Source of the DNA: a virus
Length of the DNA: 64,000 bases
Direction: 5' to 3' (one strand)
Virus record (IMG/VR): IMGVR_UViG_3300016669_000002
Shown: positions 34,867 through 46,067 of the stretch, piece after piece
How the letters are laid out: every line of letters begins with the position of its first letter
Position numbering within the stretch: position 1 is the first letter of the stretch
Notes under the pieces: model-generated
Databases searched by the model: none
What the model saw: the letters and a program-made list of their open reading frames with translations, nothing else
Told to the model about the DNA's origin: nothing
Made by a program: the position numbers and the translations under genes

Positions 34867-35950
34867 GTTGCTCTGTGTTTTCTAAAATCTCGATTACCTT
34901 TGTATCTTGTTGCTGCTTAAATTCATTGAGTATGTGGGCATAAGTCTTAAGCGTTTCAATGGTGCTAGCGTGGCCTAATCGCTTGCTGATGTAATTAATA
35001 TCAATACCATTATAGATCAGGTAGCTACAATGTGTATGACGTAGTCCATGGATACCACAAAATTCTATCGATAAACTCTCACATAGTTTCTTTAAGTATT
35101 TTCTAATTGCAGTATCAGTAATTACTGGGTTTTCAAATTTATCCAAGAATAAAAACTTAGGTGACTGTGATTGAAACTTTAGTTTATATTCAAATATATG
35201 TTTCTTAAAAGTATCAGTAATTTTAATTTTACGAATACTTGTCTTTGTCTTACCTGCAGTAAATGTTTTACTTGCAGTATAATCATAACCACGATTTACC
35301 TCTAATACATTTCCGTGGATATCATCCCATGATAATCCATATATCTCGCCAAGACGTAAACCAGTATTGATAGCAATATATAGCGCTGTACTTCTAGGCG
35401 TTAATTCATCTTGAAACGCTTTTGTTAATAGTTCGCCGTCATGGATATTCCAAGCCTTAATTCTTGATTGCTGATCATTATCGTAGCTAATCACAACATT
35501 GAAAGTAGGGTCAACCTGTATCAGATTATCAGCTAAAGCCATTTGAATAGCTTGTTTTAATCTGAAATGTGTTTTTTCAACGGTATTTCTAGCTCTATTT
35601 TTGCCTCTTATATTAATAAACGTCTGATACCGTTGCCTGGTCAATAGCTTTAAGGGTAAATTACCAAAATACTCATGTACTAATTTTATAAGGTGTTTAT
35701 ACTCTTTGATAACTTTATCAGTTATCATAGTTTCTTTATATGTATAAAACCATTTCTCAAAGTAATTAGCAAAGGGCATATCAGCATTAATATCGTAAGT
35801 AATTTCTTCTTGTTTAGTGCCATAAATTTGAGCCTCTTTTTTTGATTTGAAGCCTTTTTTCATCTTTTGATGTCTATTTCCTTTGTTATCGTAGACGTTA
35901 TATCTAACGTACCATTTATTGGTTTTAGGATCTTTATTAACGCTTGCCAT
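34850..35950 (-). CDS. int: Tyrosine integrase
   Basis: TGLRLGEIYGL, HGLRHTHCS, RLGHAS...TY catalytic residues; arm-binding N-terminus. Confidence 0.96.
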   Translation of the reverse strand: MASVNKDPKTNKWYVRYNVYDNKGNRHQKMKKGFKSKKEAQIYGTKQEEITYDINADMPFANYFEKWFYTYKETMITDKVIKEYKHLIKLVHEYFGNLPLKLLTRQRYQTFINIRGKNRARNTVEKTHFRLKQAIQMALADNLIQVDPTFNVVISYDNDQQSRIKAWNIHDGELLTKAFQDELTPRSTALYIAINTGLRLGEIYGLSWDDIHGNVLEVNRGYDYTASKTFTAGKTKTSIRKIKITDTFKKHIFEYKLKFQSQSPKFLFLDKFENPVITDTAIRKYLKKLCESLSIEFCGIHGLRHTHCSYLIYNGIDINYISKRLGHASTIETLKTYAHILNEFKQQQDTKVIEILENTEQHVNTM

Positions 35951-35973
35951 TATTTATCACTCCTACTATTTCA

Positions 35974-36083
35974 GTGTGAACTCTGGTATAATAGGTATGC
36001 AAAATGCACGCACCTAGTGCATTTTGTCAAACTTCAGATTACCTCACTCTTCGACCGTCCAAAGTGTAGAGTGGGGTGTTTTT
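35974..36083 (+). promoter_or_regulatory. Integrase leader: arm-type site, antisense extended -10 and two hairpins
   Basis: GTGTGAACTC 35974-35983; TGgTATAAT 35984-35992; 10-bp hairpin 36000-36026; hairpin plus T-run 36041-36083. Confidence 0.6.
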
Positions 36084-36128
36084 AATTTAAAATTATTTCC
36101 AAATGCAATGTTTATGTTATAATAAATG

Positions 36129-36239
36129 TGACAAAAGACATAGTGCTTTCTGTCCTTGCCTAACCATCATCGAACTAACCCTCTGGAGGTTTACACGTAC
36201 TAGTTCGTGTTTACTGAGTCCATGGTTAGTTCCTTTTTT
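36129..36239 (+). ncRNA. Copy 2 of the candidate small RNA
   Basis: Same as 31-141. Confidence 0.5.
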
Positions 36240-37803
36240 ATTTATGTTTAATTAAATCGTATATACGAATTAGTCTTCTCATATCAGCGTTTGTTTCGAA
36301 TTTATCTTGACTTAAAGTTTGTCTCAAAAAATCGCCAAGTTCTTCAATATTTTCTTTAGAGTAGTCAACAAGAGCAAGTTTGTATAACTTATCATTTGTG
36401 TAGGACGTTGCTTTACTGACGGTCATGGACTCAGAAAGTGATTTCTTTTCTTTCTTCATTTTATCAGACAACATTTTTCGTACTGAATCAAACCTAGTGA
36501 GATTGTTCCTTACAATCTTTGGTAACTGGGACCATTCGATATCTGCAGCTTTAATGTATTTCCTATACGGAAGATATCCGGCGGTTTTTTGTAGCAATAG
36601 TGGAATTGTTTCAGTGACTAAGAGTTCTGGCGCAAATTTAGCATCATCGAAAACAATGTCTTGAAATATTTCACTTTCATTAACAATTTGGTAACCATTT
36701 TTTGCGCGTTCTATCATCCCAAATCCATATACGAATTCGATATTTTCTAATTCATCTTTACTTAAATCTTCGTCAGGCAATGAGAGCATCATTCTATTTT
36801 TCGGATCATTAGTTAATACTAGATTGTACATATCTTCTTTGACATATCTTAGCATTTTGATAGGGTATTTCGACCGGTTTTGTGCAAGTTGATCATATAG
36901 AATAGAATAATTATTAATGGAAATTTTCCTCATCGTTAAAGATCTACCTTTATCAAAAGTGATGGTATAGGTAGACTCTTTAAAGTTCGTTTCATTTGAA
37001 TCCCAAACTACATAAAAGAGCCTATCGGCTATAATAGATAGCTGATCATCCGTTAAACAAACCTGAATGTCTTCTAAAGTGTTTCGAATATCTTCATCAC
37101 CAATCGAATACCCAATAAAAAAAATTGGATGCTCTAAAAAAATGGTTAACAATTTAGCTGAGATATATTTATGTTTTTCTTCAATTTTTCTATAATCTGC
37201 AGAATTTATCAATATAGAATCTGCATATTTGGAGCAACCGTGAATTTTATATATCTCACCCAAATCAAATTTAGAATGGAATAATAATTCCTCTTGTGAT
37301 GTGTAAGTGTGATACCCAAAAATATTTTCAAGTAATGTGTCATAATTTGTTGTGATAATACCTGAAATAGAATTTGTTGATATATCTCTTAATGAATTAA
37401 TTTCATTCTCTGTCCCAGGTATGTACTCTTCAAAGCTGTTTATGTACTCTGCTATCTCAATTTTTATAGGTGGTATGTTTTTTTGTCTAATTAAAGATTC
37501 ATATTCAATTCTATTTTTTTCAAATTTCTCATCAGTGTACCAAATTTTATCCAAATCGTCTGAGATAATATCACATAGAGCAGTCATATATTGATTATAT
37601 TGATTTTTTTCATCATATTTTTTGGCTGCTTCATTTTTAGCCCTAATAAAGCCAAAATTATTCTCGTAAGTAATTGATGCAATGTACTCAAGCAATTCTT
37701 CCCAATTGGGTAGCCCCAAATATCTTCTCGAAAAACCAGAACCAATAAAAAGAAAGGGTAAGGAATCTGCTTTCTTAAGTAATGGCTCTAAGAAATCATT
37801 CAT
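36238..37803 (-). CDS. SIR2-family protein (copy 2)
   Basis: Same translation as 140-1705. Confidence 0.88.
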   Translation of the reverse strand: MNDFLEPLLKKADSLPFLFIGSGFSRRYLGLPNWEELLEYIASITYENNFGFIRAKNEAAKKYDEKNQYNQYMTALCDIISDDLDKIWYTDEKFEKNRIEYESLIRQKNIPPIKIEIAEYINSFEEYIPGTENEINSLRDISTNSISGIITTNYDTLLENIFGYHTYTSQEELLFHSKFDLGEIYKIHGCSKYADSILINSADYRKIEEKHKYISAKLLTIFLEHPIFFIGYSIGDEDIRNTLEDIQVCLTDDQLSIIADRLFYVVWDSNETNFKESTYTITFDKGRSLTMRKISINNYSILYDQLAQNRSKYPIKMLRYVKEDMYNLVLTNDPKNRMMLSLPDEDLSKDELENIEFVYGFGMIERAKNGYQIVNESEIFQDIVFDDAKFAPELLVTETIPLLLQKTAGYLPYRKYIKAADIEWSQLPKIVRNNLTRFDSVRKMLSDKMKKEKKSLSESMTVSKATSYTNDKLYKLALVDYSKENIEELGDFLRQTLSQDKFETNADMRRLIRIYDLIKHK

Positions 37804-37892
37804 AATATTTCTCCTCCTAAATATGATATATTATTTTTGTAATATGAAAGTCCTATTTCAGCTCCCCAGCTATGAAGTAGGGCTATTTTATT

Positions 37893-38387
37893 TTATAAAT
37901 CAACTCGATAATCAATTTTACTTCTTGTTTGATAGTTTTGAGTTGCAGCACGAATCTGGTCTTTGATTTCATATGGATTCTGTAACTGCTTAAATATTAC
38001 TTCTCTACCATCATTTAAATTTAAAACAATGTGGCCAATTTTTAAAACTTTCTCTTTTAGTCCTTGTTTAACATCAATTTTATTAATGTCACCAAGTTCG
38101 ATTTCTTCACGCTTAGTGGTTAAATTCTTTCGTTCTAGCAATATACGTTGGTTAGTAAGCGTATAGTTAACTCGTGGTAATGATAGGTCAATTTTTCCGG
38201 CAAAATTTTGCTTTTTATCTTCCATACCAAAAAGATGAGTCGAGAAAGTAGCAATTGTTTCTTCTTTATTTAAGCTCTCGTGTTTATTACTTGCATCAGT
38301 GGTAATACCACCATCAACTTTAAAACCGCAATTAGAACAGAACTTCATACCTTCAATATTATTCCCACATTCTGGACAGAACTTCAT
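37893..38387 (-). CDS. Zn-ribbon/PH protein (copy 2)
   Basis: Same translation as 1795-2289. Confidence 0.75.
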   Translation of the reverse strand: MKFCPECGNNIEGMKFCSNCGFKVDGGITTDASNKHESLNKEETIATFSTHLFGMEDKKQNFAGKIDLSLPRVNYTLTNQRILLERKNLTTKREEIELGDINKIDVKQGLKEKVLKIGHIVLNLNDGREVIFKQLQNPYEIKDQIRAATQNYQTRSKIDYRVDL

Positions 38388-38402
38388 TTTCTTTTCCTCC
38401 TA

Positions 38403-38804
38403 TTAACCTAATTTTCCACGCAATCTATACATATATATAGCACTTTCAACAATCTGATCAGGTAAATTCAAATCATCAGCAATCTCATATAAAAATACAG
38501 CATCTTCAGACTGGTCGTATTTCGCTATATTTTCAACTGGAATTAACTTTGCATACGACCATCTACGTGCTGTTTCTTCTTCTTTAGCAAACATTTTGTA
38601 GTTAGTAATATTTTTCTGTGTTGAAGTTTCGTAGTGACCAATCTCTTCAGCAATGGCTGCTATCGAGTCTTTAAAACTCAATTTCTTATTGATATAGACT
38701 GTTTTGTTAATAATTAATCCTGAAATACCTTCCGGCATATCATCCCTAAAATCAAAATTTAACTTATCTTCATACTTAGCAATTACTTTTTCAATTTCAT
38801 CCAT
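38403..38804 (-). CDS. ImmA/IrrE peptidase (copy 2)
   Basis: Same translation as 2305-2706. Confidence 0.85.
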   Translation of the reverse strand: MDEIEKVIAKYEDKLNFDFRDDMPEGISGLIINKTVYINKKLSFKDSIAAIAEEIGHYETSTQKNITNYKMFAKEEETARRWSYAKLIPVENIAKYDQSEDAVFLYEIADDLNLPDQIVESAIYMYRLRGKLG

Positions 38805-38813
38805 TCATTCACC

Positions 38814-39248
38814 TTAAATATTTTGTTCATCAATTAATTTTTGAATATAGTCGCTTACTTCTTTTTCTTGTTCATCCGTAAGGTTTTCATCTTTATGTGC
38901 AGCAATCAATATATCGTCTTTCTTATTAATTGCTGTTTGTTCCTCAAGTTGCTTTTTGGCAAACGTATACACTTTTTTCTGTCTTAAATTGTCTAGCTGG
39001 TTATAGATAGGTAAAATAGAACGATCATATTTTCCGTGCACTAAATCATCAACAGTTACCTCGAAGAAATCAGCTAATATTCTCACAGAAGATAGCTTTG
39101 GTTCTTCTTTATTATTTTCCCATTTAGAAATTTTACCTTTATTGAAGTTTAATGTATTAGGGTATTTAGAATTTAACTCATTAGACAATTCTTCAAGTGT
39201 GTAGTTTCTAGAATTTCTTAGCGAGCGTATATTATCTCCAATCATCAT
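38814..39248 (-). CDS. CI-like repressor (copy 2)
   Basis: Same translation as 2716-3150. Confidence 0.9.
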   Translation of the reverse strand: MMIGDNIRSLRNSRNYTLEELSNELNSKYPNTLNFNKGKISKWENNKEEPKLSSVRILADFFEVTVDDLVHGKYDRSILPIYNQLDNLRQKKVYTFAKKQLEEQTAINKKDDILIAAHKDENLTDEQEKEVSDYIQKLIDEQNI

Positions 39249-39433
39249 TACACCTCTTTCTATTTGCGTTAATTATATTGCATATGTTTCGAAAACGCAA
39301 CGTATATTGTTACCATAAAAGAAATATTTTTAACTATTATAAAAATAAGTTGTTGACTTCGAAACTATAAGGGTATATATTAAGGATACGTTAGTTGCGA
39401 AAACAGCAACTTACAAAAAAAGGAGGTGAATGA

Positions 39434-39652
39434 ATGGTAACAGCAGAAAAATTTAGACAACCGTACTATAATTTGAAAATTATTATGGAACGGAAAGGAA
39501 TTACGCAAAAACAGATGGCTGACCTTATAGGTATTAGTTTAAATGCTTTCAATTTGAAAGTTAATCGTGCAAATGGAAGAGATTTTGATTTAAGTGAAGC
39601 AGATGAAATTGCTAAAATTCTTGAAATTAAAATTGATGATTTTTTTAATTAA
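39434..39652 (+). CDS. Cro-like regulator (copy 2)
   Basis: Same translation as 3336-3554. Confidence 0.85.
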   Translation: MVTAEKFRQPYYNLKIIMERKGITQKQMADLIGISLNAFNLKVNRANGRDFDLSEADEIAKILEIKIDDFFN

Positions 39653-39685
39653 TTAGTTGCGAAAACAATAACCGGGGGTGAAAAA

Positions 39686-40411
39686 ATGAATAAAAATAAT
39701 TTATTTAACTTACGAGAACAGGAAGATGGAACTGTTGCAGTAAGCGGCCGTGAGTTACATGAGTTTTTGGAAGTAACAGAAAGGTATGCTTCATGGTTTG
39801 AGCGCATGAAGGGATATGGATTAGAAGAAAACATTGATTTTACAAGTGTAAAAACTTTTACGGTTGTAAATAATGGAGCTCATCGAGAGCTATTAGACCA
39901 CGCACTAACTATCGACACAGCGAAAGAAATTTCTATGATCCAACGAAATGAAAAAGGTAAGCAGGCACGTCAATACTTTATCCAGGTAGAGAAAGCTTGG
40001 AATAGTCCAGAGATGATTATGAAGAGAGCGTTGCAAATTGCTGATAAGAAAATTGAAAGTTTACAGGGACAAATTGCTTTAGATAAGCCCAAAGTCATTT
40101 TTGCAGATGCAGTTGCCAGCAGTCACACCAGTATTTTAGTAGGAGAGTTATCTAAGCTTTTACGTCAAAACGGTATTGATATTGGCCAAAATAGATTATT
40201 TGCATGGTTACGTGAGAATGGTTTTCTGATTAAACGTAAAGGTACAGATTTCAACATGCCAACTCAATATTCTATGGATTTAGAGTTATTTGAAATTAAG
40301 GAACGGACAATCAATAATGCTGATGGTTCAATTCGTACAACTAAAACACCAAAAGTAACTGGTAAAGGTCAACAATATTTCATTAACAAATTTATGAAAG
40401 AAATAGCCTAG
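39686..40411 (+). CDS. Antirepressor (copy 2)
   Basis: Same translation as 3588-4313. Confidence 0.92.
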   Translation: MNKNNLFNLREQEDGTVAVSGRELHEFLEVTERYASWFERMKGYGLEENIDFTSVKTFTVVNNGAHRELLDHALTIDTAKEISMIQRNEKGKQARQYFIQVEKAWNSPEMIMKRALQIADKKIESLQGQIALDKPKVIFADAVASSHTSILVGELSKLLRQNGIDIGQNRLFAWLRENGFLIKRKGTDFNMPTQYSMDLELFEIKERTINNADGSIRTTKTPKVTGKGQQYFINKFMKEIA

Positions 40412-40424
40412 GAGGTATATCGAT

Positions 40425-40727
40425 GTGGAAACGAAAGAATTAATTTTTCAACTAATGGAGATTGACAAGCAGAAGTTACTACTTGAGAAACAAGCGGAAT
40501 TACAGCAACTTCACGACCAGCTAGATTATGGGGCAGTTGGAGATATGGCTTGGTTCTGTGAGCGTGTCAATATGTCGGCTGGAAATGCTAAAGAACGAAT
40601 TCTGTATCCGTTCAAAAAAGAATTAGAAGGAAATATAGTGACGTTCCCGGAAGTCCAGGGACAGAAGTGGCAATTCAATAAGTGGCCAATGAACAAATGG
40701 ATCGTTGAAAATTTTGAAAGGTGGTAA
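40425..40727 (+). CDS. DUF771-like protein (copy 2)
   Basis: Same translation as 4327-4629. Confidence 0.6.
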   Translation: METKELIFQLMEIDKQKLLLEKQAELQQLHDQLDYGAVGDMAWFCERVNMSAGNAKERILYPFKKELEGNIVTFPEVQGQKWQFNKWPMNKWIVENFERW

Positions 40728-40850
40728 AAGCATGAAAAAAGTAATAAAAACACTCGCACTATTTACCACAGGATTGGTAGTCGGTGTGGTAGTAGGGCGA
40801 GTGAAGAAAAGGCATATTAACGTCTGTGAAGACTCTGATGGAAATATTTA

Positions 40851-41129
40851 TTAAAAAATATTTTTGTTAATCCAATTCCATTGTTTTTGGGTTAACCATC
40901 CATTTTTATTATTTGTAACTTCTAAAATAATCATTTTATCACCTTGATCAAGATAAGGTTTTAGCTTATCTAGCATTTGGTTTGGATTTAAATTTGAAGT
41001 AAATAGAAATGCAGACTCCCAATATTTGCACCAAGATACTGAGATTTCATTTTTTATTACTTTAATTACTTCGTCATACTTTTGACCTGGAGAATTCAAA
41101 TCATAGGTAATTATAAACGGCTTTTTCAT
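40851..41129 (-). CDS. Cas2/VapD-like protein (copy 2)
   Basis: Same as 4753-5031. Confidence 0.6.
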   Translation of the reverse strand: MKKPFIITYDLNSPGQKYDEVIKVIKNEISVSWCKYWESAFLFTSNLNPNQMLDKLKPYLDQGDKMIILEVTNNKNGWLTQKQWNWINKNIF

Positions 41130-41305
41130 AATTTTCACCTCGTTTCTAATATATTTGACATCAAAAAAACTATATATGGTCCCCCAGCACGGGGAGTTTG
41201 GATCACCATTTCTAAGGTTTCATTGTCAAAGATATTGTAACACCATATGACTAAAAGCACAACATATAGTTGTGGATAAGTTATCAACAACATCATGGAG
41301 GGTAT

Positions 41306-41500
41306 ATGAACACAAAATTAATAAAAACGTTAATGGATAAATCTGAAATGTCACGTCATCAACTTGCACAAAAAGTAGGCGTTAATCATTCAGTGATTTA
41401 CAGAATCTATAGTGGCAAAACCACTGAAATAAAATTGAGTACGGCATTCAAATTAGCAGATGCACTAGGCGTAGATGTTAACGAATTTAGGGAGGGATAG
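41306..41500 (+). CDS. Small HTH protein (copy 2)
   Basis: Same as 5208-5402. Confidence 0.8.
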   Translation: MNTKLIKTLMDKSEMSRHQLAQKVGVNHSVIYRIYSGKTTEIKLSTAFKLADALGVDVNEFREG

Positions 41501-42137
41501 ATATGAGTAAACAAGCAAAACAGACACAGTGGGGTATTACGATTCTAATCGGTATTTTATTCATCTTAGGTGGCGCAGGCACGGTTGAAGTTGGTAGACA
41601 ACATGGTTTTGAAAGCACATTGGTTGGTGTAATTCTATCGATTTGGGGACTTTATAAGACTTGGATTTGGGATGTGATTGAATGAGTTTCGTAATTAAAC
41701 GATTAGAAGAAATGCGAGATAAAGAAATTGAAAAATCTCTTAATAATTATTTAGAAACCAAGGATAGAGAACACTTGGATGACGTTCATCGAATCAATAT
41801 TTATTACGACAATTTGATTCTTGAACAAACGTTTGAGGAAAACAAAGTGAAAAATTATAGCTAGGGGGTTATGACTTGCGAGGTGTTTATGATTTAGATC
41901 AACAACAGTGGTTTCCTGATGAGGAAGAAGAGCAGCAAGAAATTGAATACATAGTTTACGTACCTGAAAAGCAAATCAGAGTGATTGCAATTAACGAAGA
42001 AGAAGCTATTGAGAGAGTCCTCTTTAATCTGAATGATGAGTACAGTTTTAAAGATTTAGAAGCTGAAAGTTACGAATAAAAAAAGCACCTATTGCAGTAG
42101 GCGCTAGAAACTATCTAAGTTAAGGAGATTATAACAT

Positions 42138-43082
42138 ATGGGATACAAATTAACCAAAACTGAACAGGATTGGCATGATTTCAGAGCGGAGGGTCTTGGT
42201 GGTTCAGACATTGGGACAGTGCTGGGATTTAATAATTTTAAAAGTCCGTATCAACTTTGGCTTGAAAAAACTGGCCAATTAGAACCTGAAGATATTAGCC
42301 ATAAAGTTGCTATTCAAGTTGGGAACGAGCTTGAGGAATTGGTAGCTAAGATGTTTACACAACAAACTGGCATACGAGTTCAAAGAGATAATAAAAGCTA
42401 TTTTAAAGACGATAAGCCATTCTTACATGCAAATATTGACCGCAAGATTATTGGTGAGAATGCCTTGTTGGAATGTAAAACAACGGGCGCACACAACAAA
42501 TCACAGTGGGAAGGCGACAATGTGCCAGCAAGTTATCTACTGCAAGTACAGCATTATTTAAATGTTCTTGATTACGATTATGCCTACATTGCTGTCATCA
42601 TAGGTAACTTTGATTTTCAGTTTAAAAAGATTGAGCGTGACCAAGAATTAATCGACCTGGTAGAAGCACGAGCGACATCATTCTGGATTGAAAACGTAAA
42701 AAAAGGTATTGCACCAGAAATTGATGGTTCTGAGTCAACTAAAGATAGTTTAGATCAGCTCTATAGTCCAATTTATGAGCGTAAAATTCCGATGGATAAA
42801 ATCATCATTCAAACTGCAAAAGAATTATTAAACGTTAAAGATCAGATTAAAGAATTGAACATTTTAAAAACTGAAAAAGAAAATCAAATTAAATTATACA
42901 TGGGTGAGAATCAAGCAGAAGTAATTACTTCAGAAGCACTTAATGCTAGCTGGAAAAACCAAGTAACGAAGCGTTTTGATACGAAGCGATTTAAGTCAGA
43001 GCATCCTGAAATGTCAGATAAATACATGAATGAGACAACAACTAAAGTATTACGACTTAAAGAAGCCAAGGAGGCAGAATGA
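42138..43082 (+). CDS. YqaJ exonuclease (copy 2)
   Basis: Same translation as 6040-6984. Confidence 0.93.
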   Translation: MGYKLTKTEQDWHDFRAEGLGGSDIGTVLGFNNFKSPYQLWLEKTGQLEPEDISHKVAIQVGNELEELVAKMFTQQTGIRVQRDNKSYFKDDKPFLHANIDRKIIGENALLECKTTGAHNKSQWEGDNVPASYLLQVQHYLNVLDYDYAYIAVIIGNFDFQFKKIERDQELIDLVEARATSFWIENVKKGIAPEIDGSESTKDSLDQLYSPIYERKIPMDKIIIQTAKELLNVKDQIKELNILKTEKENQIKLYMGENQAEVITSEALNASWKNQVTKRFDTKRFKSEHPEMSDKYMNETTTKVLRLKEAKEAE

Positions 43083-43793
43083 TGAGCGAATCGTTAATTT
43101 ACTTAGCATTTGTATCTAACATTATAGAGGAAAGAGATAAAGTGATTGCTAAAAAGATAAAGAAATTAAAATACCGGACGAATGGTCTTAGCTTTGGAAA
43201 CTTACCTGAGAATCAATTTCATTACAACAAAGCAATCAATGATGTGTTGGTTTTACTAGGACAAGATGAAGAGGAGAACTAAGCATGAAATACTTCAAAA
43301 CAATTGAAAACAGCGATTTCCATAAAGCACTTAAAAAGAACGAGCAACAGAACAAAGACTGGAACGTTATCGCTGACTTTGTTAGTGAACTATTGAACGA
43401 ACCGGAGTTAGATGGTGTTTATCTTTCGCCTAAATTAATGGTGGATGTCAGCGAGTTAAAAGATGAAAACAAGAAACTATTCAAACAAAATGGTGAAATC
43501 AAACTAAACACCAAACTAGGTAAATCACTGAACGCTAAATACGAAGAAAAGATTAAAGAACTTGGGTTAGATAAGTGCAACACGATTAGTACAATTTTCT
43601 TCATTTACGGTTTCCTAAGAGATCACGTAAGCCAAAAGCAAAACCAATTTAATAACGATGATTTAATTGTGTATTTTGAATCAAATGCACCTTGGACAGA
43701 AAGAGAATATACAAGTCAATTAGAAGAAATCACAGAAGCTGAATACTACCAAGCAAGAGCTGAATTAGCTGAAAAAAAGGAGAATAAATAATT

Positions 43794-44759
43794 ATGGCCA
43801 CAGCAAACTCAATCAAAAATCAAATGACACAACAACCAACTAGCAATGCACCAGTACCACAAGGTAATTCAGTAAAAGCATTGCTCCAAAATCCAGCAAT
43901 CCAAAAGAAATTTAATGAAGTGCTTAAAGATAAGTCATCAACATTCACCTCAAGCTTAATCACACTGGTTAACAATGATGGCTATCTAGCTGATTCAGAA
44001 CCTATGAGCATTATCGCGGGAGCTATGCAAGCAGCGCAATTAGATTTACCAGTAGAAAAGCAATTTGGGTTTGCATACTTAGTACCCTTTAACGAAAAGA
44101 ATAAGGTAACTGGCCGATGGGAGAAGAAAGCCCAATTCATGCTAGGTTACCGTGGCTACATCCAACTAGCTCAACGATCTGGCCAATACAAATCAATCAA
44201 TGTGATTAACGTGCATGAGGGCGAACTAGAGAGCTGGAATCCACTCACAGAAGAAGCTATCTACAATCCAGAAAACAAGCAATCAGACGTGGTTGTTGGC
44301 TATATTGGTTACTTTAAATTATTGAACGGTTTCGAAAAAACGACTTACTGGACTAAGGCACAAGTAGAAAAACACCGTATTGAAAATAACAAGAATAAAG
44401 ACAAGCAAAAACTTTCAGGTGTATGGGCATCAAACTATGATGCTATGGCTCAAAAAACGGTTCTTAGAAACCTTTTAAGTAAGTGGGGTATCTTGTCTAT
44501 TGAAATGCAAAAAGGTGTGCTTGCAGATGATTCTGTTAACGAATTTAACGACCATGGGGAAATTAACCGTGTGGATGTAACAGATTCATTTAAAGAAGAG
44601 TCAGCACCTCAAATCGAAGAACCTAGTAAACCAATCGATGTTGATACAGGTGAGATCATTGGAAACATCGAGGTGACTGTAGATGCGACACTAGATGATG
44701 AAACCACAAATTATTACAAGAATGCAGCGAAGGAAAATGCAAATAAGATTGGCAAGTAG
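43794..44759 (+). CDS. recT: RecT (copy 2)
   Basis: Same translation as 7696-8661. Confidence 0.95.
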   Translation: MATANSIKNQMTQQPTSNAPVPQGNSVKALLQNPAIQKKFNEVLKDKSSTFTSSLITLVNNDGYLADSEPMSIIAGAMQAAQLDLPVEKQFGFAYLVPFNEKNKVTGRWEKKAQFMLGYRGYIQLAQRSGQYKSINVINVHEGELESWNPLTEEAIYNPENKQSDVVVGYIGYFKLLNGFEKTTYWTKAQVEKHRIENNKNKDKQKLSGVWASNYDAMAQKTVLRNLLSKWGILSIEMQKGVLADDSVNEFNDHGEINRVDVTDSFKEESAPQIEEPSKPIDVDTGEIIGNIEVTVDATLDDETTNYYKNAAKENANKIGK

Positions 44760-45680
44760 GTGATGTTATTGGGTAAGAAATATTTTTGGCTAAAACTAAA
44801 GGATGATTTCTTTAATCAAAAGGAAATCAAGATGCTAAGACGTGTTGCCGGTGGTGACACGTACACGATTATTTATTTAAAAATGCTACTTCTCAGTTTG
44901 AAAAATGACGGCAAAATTTATTATGACGGCATAGCAGAAAATATGATTGAAGAAACTGCACTCGAAATTGATGAAGATATTGAAAATGTTCAAATTACGT
45001 TTACCTATCTTTTGAAAAAGGGGCTTATCGAAACTGCACATGAAGATGAAATTGAGATGACAAATATTGCATCTATGATTGGGTCTGAAACCGATGCGGC
45101 AGTAAGGAAGAGACGTCAAAGGTTGAAAGAAAAACGTGACATTGTCACAGAGCGGTCACACTTAGGTCACATAGAGATAGAGATAGAGAAAGATATAGAG
45201 CTAGAGAAAGAACTACAACTACAACAAGAAGAAAAAATTACACCTGTTGTCATCGTCGATGATGTGAATCAAGCTATTGATTTTTATCAACAGAACTTTG
45301 GTGTACTTAATCCATATACCACACAACAAATCCTGGATGCAGTAAATACCTTTAACGAGGAAGTTGTAGTAAAAGCAATGCAGATTGCGATTGAAAGTAA
45401 TAACCGTAACTATAGTTATGTGAGGGGCATATTAAAGAATTGGTATCAAAATAATGTAAAAACCCTTGAAGATACTCAAGCATTAGATGCGGAACATCAA
45501 AATAAGAAAACAAAAAAATCTTTTAAAAACACACAAAAAGAAGCTGTTGCACCTGCATGGTTAAACTCGGATAAAAGAGCAGATCAAACTAAAGAGACTA
45601 GCGGAGAATTAACTGCAGAAGAAATCGAGGCTATTGAGGAATTAAAGAAAATGGTAGTTGGTGAAGCTAGTGACAGTTAG
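44760..45680 (+). CDS. Replication initiator (copy 2)
   Basis: Same translation as 8662-9582. Confidence 0.9.
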   Translation: MMLLGKKYFWLKLKDDFFNQKEIKMLRRVAGGDTYTIIYLKMLLLSLKNDGKIYYDGIAENMIEETALEIDEDIENVQITFTYLLKKGLIETAHEDEIEMTNIASMIGSETDAAVRKRRQRLKEKRDIVTERSHLGHIEIEIEKDIELEKELQLQQEEKITPVVIVDDVNQAIDFYQQNFGVLNPYTTQQILDAVNTFNEEVVVKAMQIAIESNNRNYSYVRGILKNWYQNNVKTLEDTQALDAEHQNKKTKKSFKNTQKEAVAPAWLNSDKRADQTKETSGELTAEEIEAIEELKKMVVGEASDS

Positions 45681-46065
45681 AAGTAAGTACGGTGCTAAAA
45701 AAACAGTAATTGATGAAATCACTTTTGATAGTAAAGCAGAAGCACAATTTTATATGCATCTAAAACAGCTTCAAAGAGCTGGGGTGGTATCTGGATTTGA
45801 GATGCAAGTGCCATTCATCTTGCAAGAAGGATTTGACCATCCAACTAGAAAAATAAAAAGTGGTAAGCCATCAAGAGTACCTGCTATCAAGTATGTGACT
45901 GATTTTGTGGTCACATACGCTGATGGTAGTGAAAAAGTAATTGATGTAAAAGGCGTACAAACTACTGATTTTAAATTAAAAGCTAGGATGTTTTTAAAGA
46001 AATATCGCAAGCCACTATATTTAGCAAAAAAACAGGGTAGAAATTGGAAAATTGAGGAGTTTTAA
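45658..46065 (+). CDS. DUF1064 nuclease (copy 2)
   Basis: Same translation as 9560-9967. Confidence 0.85.
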   Translation: MVKLVTVRSKYGAKKTVIDEITFDSKAEAQFYMHLKQLQRAGVVSGFEMQVPFILQEGFDHPTRKIKSGKPSRVPAIKYVTDFVVTYADGSEKVIDVKGVQTTDFKLKARMFLKKYRKPLYLAKKQGRNWKIEEF

Positions 46066-46067
46066 AC

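Larger units (their letters stand above)
1..36098. mobile_element. Complete temperate siphovirus genome unit (36,098 bp), circularly permuted, SPP1-like head / TP901-1-like tail
   Basis: Full integrase-immunity-replication-packaging-head-tail-lysis gene set; sequence at position 1 (ccaaatgcaatg) recurs at 36099. Confidence 0.97.
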
